Translations under genes and position numbers: made by a program
NCBI GenBank assembly: GCA_965224195.1
Contig: OZ245040.1
Location: 1,632,001 to 1,696,000 of the forward strand
DNA: 64,000 bases
Direction of reading: 5' to 3'
Source: Nitrosopumilus sp.
Lineage (GTDB): Archaea; Thermoproteota; Nitrososphaeria; Nitrososphaerales; Nitrosopumilaceae
Part shown: piece by piece, positions 55,335-64,000 of the stretch
Numbering within the stretch: the first letter of the stretch is position 1
Layout of the letters: every line of letters begins with the position of its first letter
The notes under the pieces: model-generated
Seen by the model: the letters and a program-made list of their open reading frames with translations, nothing else
The model's database searches: none
Told to the model about the DNA's origin: nothing

Positions 55335-56218
55335 GTGAAGAAAACGAAATAGATGTTGTAGATGGTGAAAATCCTCTCCTAACAAGAGTAAAAGAGGATT
55401 TAGATGGTGAAAATATTGTAGCATTCTTAGGCCCTCCAAATAGTGGAAAAACTGTTATTGCAACATTACTAAATGATTCAATTTTTACACATTTTCTTGA
55501 AAAATATGAGGAAGAATATGAAGCAAATATGGTAAACGGTTATGAGTTTTTGAAAACTACAAGAAATGTAATGTTAGATGGAAAATTCCCAAGTACAACA
55601 TTACCAGATAATCAAGGTGAAGTCATTTTTGAAATTGTGAGAAAAGGTCCACTTGGTAAGGGAATGCAACTTAGAATTAAAGATATTTCAGGTGAAGATT
55701 ATGAGTCGTTACTAATATCAGGTGATTTAGATGCTGAAAAACGAGTAGAAAGTGTTCTACGACGACATAAAACTAGATCCATGCGTTATGGTCCACTTAG
55801 TTTTATCACAGTTGCCAAGATGTATGTGATAATGATTGATTGTTCTTTATATCAAAAATGGAAACACCTGGACCTTGATTATGCACATCTTGTAAATTCA
55901 TTATTAGATTTTCAAAAAATAGTTAGAGGTAATAGTGAAAAAATAGAAGCGGCAATTGCAATAATTCTAACAAAGACAGATCGTATACCAGATGATGTGA
56001 ATGATTCTGCAAAAGATCTTTTAGCAAAACAAATGCCACAATTTCATAAAACACTGAATATGTTGCATTCAGGTTCTAAAGAATATTTTAAATTAAGTAT
56101 AGACACCAATAGAACAACATCAAATGAGCAAGATCAGACAGGAGTAAAAGTGCCTTGGTCATACAGTAGTGATGAATATAGTCGACTCATAGTTTGGATT
56201 TTAAACAATATTTTATGA
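55331..56218 (+). CDS. TRAFAC-class GTPase (DO-GTPase-like)
   Basis: G1 GPPNSGKT, G2 FPSTT, G3 DISGE, G4 TKTD; ATGA overlap with upstream gene. Confidence 0.85.
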   Translation: MSEENEIDVVDGENPLLTRVKEDLDGENIVAFLGPPNSGKTVIATLLNDSIFTHFLEKYEEEYEANMVNGYEFLKTTRNVMLDGKFPSTTLPDNQGEVIFEIVRKGPLGKGMQLRIKDISGEDYESLLISGDLDAEKRVESVLRRHKTRSMRYGPLSFITVAKMYVIMIDCSLYQKWKHLDLDYAHLVNSLLDFQKIVRGNSEKIEAAIAIILTKTDRIPDDVNDSAKDLLAKQMPQFHKTLNMLHSGSKEYFKLSIDTNRTTSNEQDQTGVKVPWSYSSDEYSRLIVWILNNIL

Positions 56219-56224
56219 TAGAAT

Positions 56225-57523
56225 ATGCCAACTTGCGAACATTTTGTATACACTACAGCTAAAACCGATACAAAAACAGGGTATCAAATTGTAGCAAAAA
56301 GTAGTGGTATAAACGATCGAATCTTAAACAATATGATTAGTTATTTCTTTCCACTTGGTGTTGATGCAATGGAATTTACAGAATCAAAATCACTTTTACC
56401 TATAGGAAAGGAGCACATAGCATATTCAATAATAAAAAACATAGGAATTGGGTATGATGGTAGAGATGGAACATTATACAACCATACAATAATTATGAAA
56501 AAAGATGATTTTGCAAAAATTGAATACGATACAAGAATTCTTGACAAATATTTTATTGAAGAATATTCCATAAGAGGAGATCTAGATCAATTATACATAC
56601 AACCAGAAAAAATAGAGATAGATTTTGAATATCTAAAAAAATTAAATGTAGATTTTTTAAGTACGCTTTTATTTTATTTATTTAAAAAAAATAAAGTAGC
56701 TATTCTAAAAATAGTAGATGGGAAACTAATACAAAATATTCTATCAGTTATTCCTCCACAAATTAGATTTATGGCATTTTCTACATTAGTTTTAGAACCA
56801 ACTCGTCAAACAAAATATCAACTAATTCAGATACCAAGTAAAGTACAATCAAAACTTCAAACAAATTATACGAGTATAAATCCTGATGCATTACCAACTT
56901 CAAAAATCAAAATGGCCAAAGACATAGGCATCCAAAACATAATAGAAATGATTAATCAAAATAACCAAAAAGAACTACTTAGACTTCATAAAGATTTTGA
57001 AAAAATTATAACACAAGTATCAAAAAGTAAAAGAATTAAAATTAAAGATATTTTCAACATAGAAGAATTTGAAAATTTAGCTGAAAATAAAAGATTCCAT
57101 ATATTATTAAAAAATGTAAAAAATCTTTATTCCAGTCCTGCTTTTAATCAAGCATCTCCGAGAACCATTCTGACAATTACAAAAAAAATTGGAAAAATTA
57201 TTAAAAAATCTTTAAAATCACATGAAAAGAATAATCTCGATCAATCTGATTTTGAAAAACTGATGTCGGTTTCCAAAATTTTATTGGATTGCTTGAATTA
57301 CATTAATCAACTAAGTGAAAAGAAAATGGGAAACACAATACAACTAGAAATTGAAAATGAAATTGAAAATATAGAACACATATTGAAACAATATCCACAA
57401 ATGGAATCAATGATGCAAGAATATGAATTCAATCCATATAATTATTTCAAAGTCATATGGGAGAATGTTTTGTATTCAGCATACTCTATGGCATTGTTTT
57501 TTCTAGGCCGTAAATGGTGGTAA
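56225..57523 (+). CDS. GAP1-N2-like (GTPase-associated protein 1) domain protein
   Basis: HFVYT...GYQIVAKSSG, G.DGR.G..YNHTII, ILSVIPP..R..AFST; hydrophobic C-terminal tail; 6 bp after the GTPase. Confidence 0.7.
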   Translation: MPTCEHFVYTTAKTDTKTGYQIVAKSSGINDRILNNMISYFFPLGVDAMEFTESKSLLPIGKEHIAYSIIKNIGIGYDGRDGTLYNHTIIMKKDDFAKIEYDTRILDKYFIEEYSIRGDLDQLYIQPEKIEIDFEYLKKLNVDFLSTLLFYLFKKNKVAILKIVDGKLIQNILSVIPPQIRFMAFSTLVLEPTRQTKYQLIQIPSKVQSKLQTNYTSINPDALPTSKIKMAKDIGIQNIIEMINQNNQKELLRLHKDFEKIITQVSKSKRIKIKDIFNIEEFENLAENKRFHILLKNVKNLYSSPAFNQASPRTILTITKKIGKIIKKSLKSHEKNNLDQSDFEKLMSVSKILLDCLNYINQLSEKKMGNTIQLEIENEIENIEHILKQYPQMESMMQEYEFNPYNYFKVIWENVLYSAYSMALFFLGRKWW

Positions 57524-57650
57524 GAAAAAATAATTGTAGTGTATGAATAATAGATTTTTGAGAATGTCTAAAAAAACTGAACCATAAATTGCAGAATTTA
57601 TAGAATGGATAAATAGATTAGATGATCCCTACAAAATTTTTGTATTTACA

Positions 57651-57932
57651 TTGTTTAATGTGATCTCTTTGTATGCAATGACTACAGTTGGGATTGGTAT
57701 AGATACAAACTCCATAAATGAATTCGTTGCAGGAACTATTATTGAGACACACGGAGATGAAACTCTTAATTTCGTTTGGTCTACTCTGATACAACCAGTA
57801 TTGTTAGTTATTGGAATAATTCAATTAGGTATTTCACTTTATGCAATATGGAAATTTAGGTGGTTAGGTGTTATTATTTCAATTACGGGATTTGTCGGAT
57901 GGGTTTTTGTTATATTTAGACTAAGGGAATAA
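57651..57932 (+). CDS. small multi-pass membrane protein (real start probably upstream near 57565, frameshifted)
   Basis: Three hydrophobic segments; frame open upstream (IAEFIEWINRLDDPYKIFVFT). Confidence 0.6.
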   Translation: MFNVISLYAMTTVGIGIDTNSINEFVAGTIIETHGDETLNFVWSTLIQPVLLVIGIIQLGISLYAIWKFRWLGVIISITGFVGWVFVIFRLRE

Positions 57933-57948
57933 TTGGCCTGAAGAAGTA

Positions 57949-58446
57949 TTATAGATAGGGGTTCTGTGGCGTCTTAGGTGAAAACAGCTGATTTTGTAGA
58001 TGTTGACTATCGGTGGAAAGTCTGTCAAGAACTGTGACATTGAATTTATCTAATATTTGAATCCCTTTTGAATTGGATATACAAAAACTCCGAATCTCTT
58101 TCAAGAATGTATATAATATTCCACCTATGCTCAAACCATCTCTCCAATGATTTTTTGCAAAAAATCCCATTTTTATTAAATTTAATCTTAAGAGGCTTGT
58201 TGTAGGTTCAGGAGTTAATGAGTAAAAGTTCTCTGCTTTTAATGTAAATGTTCTGTCAGGAAATTTAAAACGAAGTAAACCTATGTCTTTCTCTACATTA
58301 TAAACAAATTTGTTTGATGATCTTCCTAGATCAACAGTATTGTTTGCATTTTGATACTTTACACGACCATTAATCAAACCGTATATGTCGCCATAATTAC
58401 TTCGTTTTATTTCCAAGATTTTTAATTTAGTTATCTGACTTACCAT
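57949..58446 (-). CDS. hypothetical protein running into an IS6-like end
   Basis: 165-aa ATG ORF; its 3' end overlaps GGTTCTGT at about 57960. Confidence 0.5.
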   Translation of the reverse strand: MVSQITKLKILEIKRSNYGDIYGLINGRVKYQNANNTVDLGRSSNKFVYNVEKDIGLLRFKFPDRTFTLKAENFYSLTPEPTTSLLRLNLIKMGFFAKNHWRDGLSIGGILYTFLKEIRSFCISNSKGIQILDKFNVTVLDRLSTDSQHLQNQLFSPKTPQNPYL

Positions 58447-58448
58447 CT

Positions 58449-58760
58449 TTATTCAAAACTACTTTCGGCTGAATCTCCTATCTCTGAATTGCTTTCACCT
58501 GCAGTATTTTCTACTTCTAATTCCCCATATTCATAATCTTCAAGCTTGATGTCCATGTATTTTTTTAGCTTTTCCCATTCTTTTTTCAAATTTCCTTTTG
58601 GTAATGCTACTTGGTATTTGTCAAAGGAAAGTACCTCCACGTCATTTGATGGCACTAACTGTTGCGACATTGATTTAGTTTGAGATGAACTTGATCTTAT
58701 AGATTTCGATGTTGAATCTTTATCATCATATAATGGATTTTCTAATACTGGTCTTGTCAA
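58449..58760 (-). CDS. hypothetical acidic protein
   Basis: 103-aa ORF stopping 2 bp before next ATG. Confidence 0.5.
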   Translation of the reverse strand: MTRPVLENPLYDDKDSTSKSIRSSSSQTKSMSQQLVPSNDVEVLSFDKYQVALPKGNLKKEWEKLKKYMDIKLEDYEYGELEVENTAGESNSEIGDSAESSFE

Positions 58761-58821
58761 GTTAACGAGGCTCTAACGAGTCATTTTGTATTGTAAAGTG
58801 TCGAGACCTAAATGATATTCT

Positions 58822-59064
58822 TTAGATTTGACTTGCATCATATAGATCAAATGTAATATCCTGACTTCCCAAGACAACTTGAAACACAACCCTGTCAGAG
58901 ATAGCTATTTGCATTACTCTATCGGATGGAAAACTACCTTCCATACCAAGTACTGCCAAATTAATTTGTCTAAAATGAATAACAATATCATTAATGTTGT
59001 TTTGTATAACTGGGTGTAAAGGAGGAAAAATAGTTGTATACCTCTCCGTAAATTTATCTACCAT
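58822..59064 (-). CDS. hypothetical protein, possibly 3' part of a gene starting at 59193
   Basis: 80-aa ORF; in-frame upstream ATG separated by one TAG. Confidence 0.4.
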   Translation of the reverse strand: MVDKFTERYTTIFPPLHPVIQNNINDIVIHFRQINLAVLGMEGSFPSDRVMQIAISDRVVFQVVLGSQDITFDLYDASQI

Positions 59065-59361
59065 TACTTGTCTCTAACTGTATATTTTCTTTAGATATTC
59101 TTGATGGTTTGAAAATTGTACGGTTTTGATACTGCCGTCTGCCAACCCATTTAGCAAACTGCTTTTTGCTTGGGCTAATTGTTCTATTGTCATGTAATTA
59201 ATGAGGCAAAAGGTATGTTATATAAATTACTGTTTTGTAGTATTTTCCAAAAGGGTCAGTACTTTACACTAGAAAACAACTCGTTAAGCCCGCCTCGTTA
59301 ACTTGCCAGAACCACACATAGATAAGCTTAAATCCACATTACATGACATGACAGCTGTAAT

Positions 59362-59664
59362 ATGTCTACAATTCACAAAACAACAGACGCTCGTATTATT
59401 CAATTTCCAATTATGAAGGAAATTGATGCAGATATCAACAAGATTGCTTTTACACTTTCTACAGATATTGAAACACAATACGTAGTGCTATTAGAACAAG
59501 ATGAATCTGGCAGAATCATTGCTACTTGTCCTAAATTACAAGGAGTGGTAGCAGATGGTGCTGATGAAAAAGAAGCTATAGAAAATGTCAGAGATGCAAT
59601 TGACGTGATATTAGAAGATATGGATAATGAAAAAGAGTTTAACATAGTCAGTTATTATCTCTAA
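59362..59664 (+). CDS. hicB: HicB-like antitoxin (no C-terminal DNA-binding domain)
   Basis: EQDESG...ATCPKLQGVVADG....EAIENVRDAI. Confidence 0.88.
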   Translation: MSTIHKTTDARIIQFPIMKEIDADINKIAFTLSTDIETQYVVLLEQDESGRIIATCPKLQGVVADGADEKEAIENVRDAIDVILEDMDNEKEFNIVSYYL

Positions 59665-59667
59665 AAT

Positions 59668-59916
59668 GTGTCTGATAAGCTTCCAGTTTTAAAATCCTCA
59701 CAATTAATAAAATATTTACAATCGAAAGGATTTGAACTGCAACCTAGGAAAAAGAAAGGAAGAGGAAGTCACATTGTTTTTAGAAATGCAGAAGGAAGAA
59801 GAACTGTAGTTCCTTCTCATGGTGGGAATAATGAAATTGGAGTAGGGTTACTACGGAGTATTTTATTTCAAGCTGGAATAGGAATAGAAGAATTTAAACG
59901 GGATTGGAATGGGTAA
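59668..59916 (+). CDS. hicA: HicA mRNA interferase toxin
   Basis: LIKYL..KGF, GSHIVF, RTVVPSH, GLLRSIL.QAGI. Confidence 0.92.
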   Translation: MSDKLPVLKSSQLIKYLQSKGFELQPRKKKGRGSHIVFRNAEGRRTVVPSHGGNNEIGVGLLRSILFQAGIGIEEFKRDWNG

Positions 59917-59927
59917 AAGTAAGAAAT

Positions 59928-60389
59928 ATGATTCCTGAGGAAGAAATCCATGCAAATGTCAAAGAAATGGGATATGTTACTGCAAAACCACTAAAAGTTG
60001 AACCAAGTTATTATAAAATTATAGATGGAACTATAATCAAAGCAATAGTAAACATTCATTACCTTTTACCGGATTCAAAATCCCCACAAGGATATTCCAT
60101 CAATTCAAGTGATACAATTAGTGCATACGTTCCGATGGAAAAAAGAAACCCTATGAGATTCCAACCATATGATCCAGCACAATTAAGAGATGGGGTTATT
60201 GAGGAAGATATTGAGACAGAAACACTAAGAGAAAACTTCAGTGTTTATGAATTAAGTAATGATATGATTCTTAGCGTAAAAACCGTAGTTGGTCAAATCA
60301 ATAAAACAAAATTTTTTACGCAGGAAGGGGAACCAGTTTACATAGTTAATACAAATCCAATAATTAAAGTCAAAAAAAGAAATTCTTAA
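59928..60389 (+). CDS. hypothetical protein with two internal homologous halves
   Basis: E.SYYKIIDGTIIKA versus E.FSVYELSNDMILSV; co-transcribed after hicA. Confidence 0.7.
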   Translation: MIPEEEIHANVKEMGYVTAKPLKVEPSYYKIIDGTIIKAIVNIHYLLPDSKSPQGYSINSSDTISAYVPMEKRNPMRFQPYDPAQLRDGVIEEDIETETLRENFSVYELSNDMILSVKTVVGQINKTKFFTQEGEPVYIVNTNPIIKVKKRNS

Positions 60390-60443
60390 ACTGTTAACAT
60401 CTTTCATGTACCGACAAAAAACAGACACAAGATGTCTCACAGG

Positions 60444-61515
60444 CTACTCTGTCGAACAAATCATTTCCAACTAATGATTAATTTCATTTCCCTCAAACAC
60501 TTGCAAACAGATTGTACAGCTCGACTTTTAATTCCAATTCCTTTACCATGTATTTTCTTTTGTGAGCCATGACATACTCACCAGACATCCTTTTGAATGT
60601 TGAAAACACACACTCTACAATCCACCTGTCCCCATAGCTAACGCTGCGCTTCCACAAATCCAAATTATACATTTGAGCCAAAACTGATTTCTTTCGGAGA
60701 TAACATTTTGTTTTGAGAGATGATGTCTTTCTAACTTTGATTGCAGGCAGTGCATTTGTGTTGTGGTACAGATATGAAAAGTTGTTTTCTGAATCATATG
60801 CGCCATCAGCTAGAGCCTTGGTTACATTTCCTTTGTACAATGCTTGTTGTACTAGTTCTGGCAGATGTGCCAGGCATCATGGAATGAATCATCAATTATT
60901 TTCAGTGAAACTATTTTCTTTGATTTCACATCTGCACCAACATGGATTTTCAAGAATCCTCTTCTCATGTGCCATTTCTGTCGCATCCATTCACCTCTGT
61001 CTGCAACTGGTAAATAGACCTTCACCACATAGTGTTTCTAATTGCCATTTCTGTCGCATCCATTCACCTCTGTCTGCAACCTTGATTCCAGTGCTGTCAA
61101 TTGCTAAAATGATTTCATTGTTATCTCCAATGGAATTATCAATTTTGATGTCAAGCTTGTTTATTCTCTTGTGAATTGATGTGAAATCAGGAACTGCTGG
61201 AATTCTATTACAGTATGCACGAATCATTCCTTCTGTTTGTCTGAATGGCAGTCCAAAATATGCTCTGGCATAACCCAATAATTTCATAAACGATTCAGGA
61301 TAGCCTGGACTTTCTACCTCTTTTGTTGTGATTCATGACCTCCAGTTCTTTATGCCAGTTCTCAATGACATCAAATGACATGATGTTCTTCACCCCTTCT
61401 GACTAGTTTTTCATTGTATTGACTCCATTGTACCATGAAAATAATCAGAATGTGAGATCCAAATCTATTGTGGTGTAATGATATTGATCAGATTGTTGTT
61501 TGTTAGACAAAGTAC
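60444..61515 (-). mobile_element. IS5-family (IS903-like) element (copy 2 of family B), broken by a 73-bp insertion and frameshifts
   Basis: Same ends as 21707-22701; ORFs 60991-61287 and 60493-60840 nearly identical to 21934-22653. Confidence 0.92.
60970..61080. repeat. exact 38-bp direct repeat flanking a unique 35-bp insert
   Basis: TGCCATTTCTGTCGCATCCATTCACCTCTGTCTGCAAC at 60970-61007 and 61043-61080; insert 61008-61042. Confidence 0.95.
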
Positions 61516-61885
61516 CAAAAATAACAATCAAGGTGATTGTAAACCTACCACCACCAAACTAATTTCATATAATTATTGAGAAAGACAATCAAGTTATCCA
61601 AAATAATCCATGACAAATCAGCAACCCTTGGAATTCTTGTGTAAATAATTCAAACAGGCATGAAAACGATTCAGAACAAGATTTACAGTTCAGGTCTTGA
61701 CAAGCTTGCAGAACCATTTTGCGTCCACTGCTTTGCATCTTGGATCCTTTTGAGTAATCTTCCCCCATTTCAAACTAGTGTTGCATTAGGTTTTGGTTAA
61801 TCGTTACGCTAGCGTGCTGAATTATCTAGTCCAGATGAATGATACTCCAAGATTTATAAATTGTATTTTTTGGAATAATTTCACT

Positions 61886-62101
61886 ATGGCCTGCAAGGGA
61901 ACCTGTACTCAACATAAGGCAAAAAGAGTTCATGGTATTAATCGCTACATCCAAGGACAAAAGATGTGCTCCATATGCGAGGTTTTCATGTACTGGAATG
62001 GCAAGCACTGTCCATGCTGTAATTTTGTGCTAAGGACAAGGCCGCGCAACACGAAAAACAGAAGACAGCTGCAGACGGTTCAAGTTGTAAGGAGAATCTA
62101 G
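61886..62101 (+). CDS. small thaumarchaeal-type Zn-finger protein
   Basis: MACKGTC...Y..GQKMCSICEVF.....CPCC...LRTRPR. Confidence 0.8.
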   Translation: MACKGTCTQHKAKRVHGINRYIQGQKMCSICEVFMYWNGKHCPCCNFVLRTRPRNTKNRRQLQTVQVVRRI

Positions 62102-62232
62102 CAATACTTGATCAAGAGTTGACTTTATGCAGGTTAATTTATTTTTAATGCATCAATGGAGCTGCAATCGGGAGTGGAACATGAAAACACAAAACACAAA
62201 ATTGTATGATTACGACCCATGAGTTTGGTTAA

Positions 62233-63302
62233 TAGATGAGTTGTGCAACTAGTCCAATTTGAGTATAATCTCAACATTTTCTAATCATAAGATCCAAAGC
62301 TAAGACTGAATTATTTTCAATTCATGTTTAATTGCACAAACTGGCAAAAAAACCAAAGCAATTCCTGTCAATAGCAGGACTAACTGTTCCACAGTTTGAT
62401 TCCCTATACAAAGAAATAAAGAAAAATTGCAAAACTGCAGAACAAAAGAGACTATCCAAAAATAGAGAAAGAGACATTGGTGCAGGACACAAGTTTGACT
62501 TGTCCTTCAAAGACAGAATTCTAATGTTTTTCATGTACTACAGAATGTACACAACATATGACATGCCAGGGATGACATTTGATTTGGACAGACCAAACGT
62601 AATGAGAAACATCAGATGTTTGGAGCCTGCAGTGAGGCAGTCCATTGTAATTGCTGCCAAAAAATATGCAGACTCAAAAGAGATTAACGGCATGCAGAAA
62701 TTGCAAGAATTCTTTCCGGAATTAGTTGCAATCACTGATGGCACAGAACAGCCCATCCCAAGACCAAAAAACAAAAAGAAAAGAAAGACACACCATTCAG
62801 GCAAAAAGAAAAAACATGCAGTACAAAATCAAATCGCCATAAATCTTGATGGGATAATAATCCACAAATCTGCACATTCGCCTGGCAGTCATCATGATTA
62901 CAGAATTTACAAATCAAGGCATCCAACATTGTCTGAAGGGTTGCTGCAGTCTTATGATCCTGGATGTTTGGGGATGGAAAAGGACTTTCCAGAACAGGCA
63001 AGTGTTTTGCCATGCAAGAAAAAGAAAGGAAAAAAATTGACTGTTGCTCAAAAGAAGTGGAACAGGATGCAGTCAAAAATTAGAATAAAAGTTGAGCATG
63101 TCATTGCACAAGTCAGGCAATTTCGGATAAATCGCGATGTGTTTAGAAACAAATTATGCAGATATGATGTGACAAGTGAAATTGTTTGTGGGACTGTCAA
63201 TTTCAAGATTAAATGGAAAGAAGAATTCATTACAATTCCATAAAATTAAGAATTAAATGACAGAAAAGTTAGATTTTTGCTTGTAATTACGCAACTCATC
63301 TA
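62233..63302 (+). mobile_element. IS5-family (ISL2-like) element (copy 2 of family C)
   Basis: Same TIRs as 51845-52914, flanked by TTAA on both sides; transposase 62332-63243 nearly full length. Confidence 0.93.
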
Positions 63303-63467
63303 TTAAAAAACCCTAAATAGTTATATTGCGTAGAAAAATGTGAAGTCTCATGACAATTGATTATACGACGATAACAGCAAAGGAATTGATTGAAAAAATC
63401 AAAAGTAAAGAAATTGATTCATGTACATATAGTACAATGAAAGAGTTCTATGAGGGATTGAGACAGC

Positions 63468-63740
63468 ATGCAACTAATTCTAGTTAATGGGTTCTGGCCC
63501 GAGTTTTTTAAATTTGATCCAAATAATGGTGACCGAGATCTAATTACTACATCTCTTTCAAGTATGCAAAATTTAGCAGCAACTCTTTCACTTTTAGAAG
63601 TAAAACATGAGTATTCTTACATTCAATTTCCAATAAAAAATAATAAAATACTACAGTTTGTGTTAGATGTCGATTCTGTTGTTGCTATGATTTATGACGG
63701 TACTAAAGCCGAATACAAAGAAAACCACTCTCAACGTTAA
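63468..63740 (+). CDS. hypothetical protein, possibly 3' part of a frameshifted gene
   Basis: 90-aa ATG ORF. Confidence 0.35.
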   Translation: MQLILVNGFWPEFFKFDPNNGDRDLITTSLSSMQNLAATLSLLEVKHEYSYIQFPIKNNKILQFVLDVDSVVAMIYDGTKAEYKENHSQR

Positions 63741-64000
63741 TTTCATAAATTACTCTTTTGATATAGATTGTATCTTACCTGCCAAAAAATAATCAGCTAC
63801 TTTGTGTGCTTTATTTATTTGAGGAGACTCCAGCACAAGCTCGAATACGAGAGATTTTTAATCCTGACTCTTAAATAATTTTATTCCAAGTCTTAATTAT
63901 GTAAATATATTTGGACAGTTAAACTAGGATCAAAGATGTATAAAAAAATGGTAATTCTGCATGCCAAACAAAAAATGACTATCAACAGCTACAAAGTTTT

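Overview
AT-rich archaeal DNA that looks like Nitrosopumilaceae (Nitrososphaerota/Thaumarchaeota). The evidence is archaeal IleRS, rpl40e, a BHB-intron tRNA-Val, a Nitrosopumilus-type S-layer fragment and typical thaumarchaeal Zn-finger proteins. A short core block (about 9-21 kb: purN, folD, 5-FCL, purD, ileS, Dps-like, sucCD, rpl40e, tRNA-Val(CAC)) is flanked by IS-rich accessory DNA: three IS5-type families with two copies each, an IS1595 and an IS6-type cargo element. Candidate defence/TA cargo: DAC protein, GNAT TA, HEPN, a GHKL/MORC-AbiEi fusion plus AbiEii, PIN, HicBA, and an HTH-nucleotidyltransferase/GTPase/GAP1-like/TM operon. There is also a ~2,890-aa surface protein with about 100 tandem 20-aa repeats behind a small secreted partner gene. 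The most unusual signal is two transposase genes, each broken by an exact 37-38 bp duplication flanking a unique 34-35 bp insert, which is the geometry of CRISPR spacer integration outside any array. Several single-base homopolymer frameshifts (purD, 5-FCL) suggest sequencing indels, so pseudogene calls based on one frameshift are tentative. All family assignments come from motif recognition by eye, not database searches.
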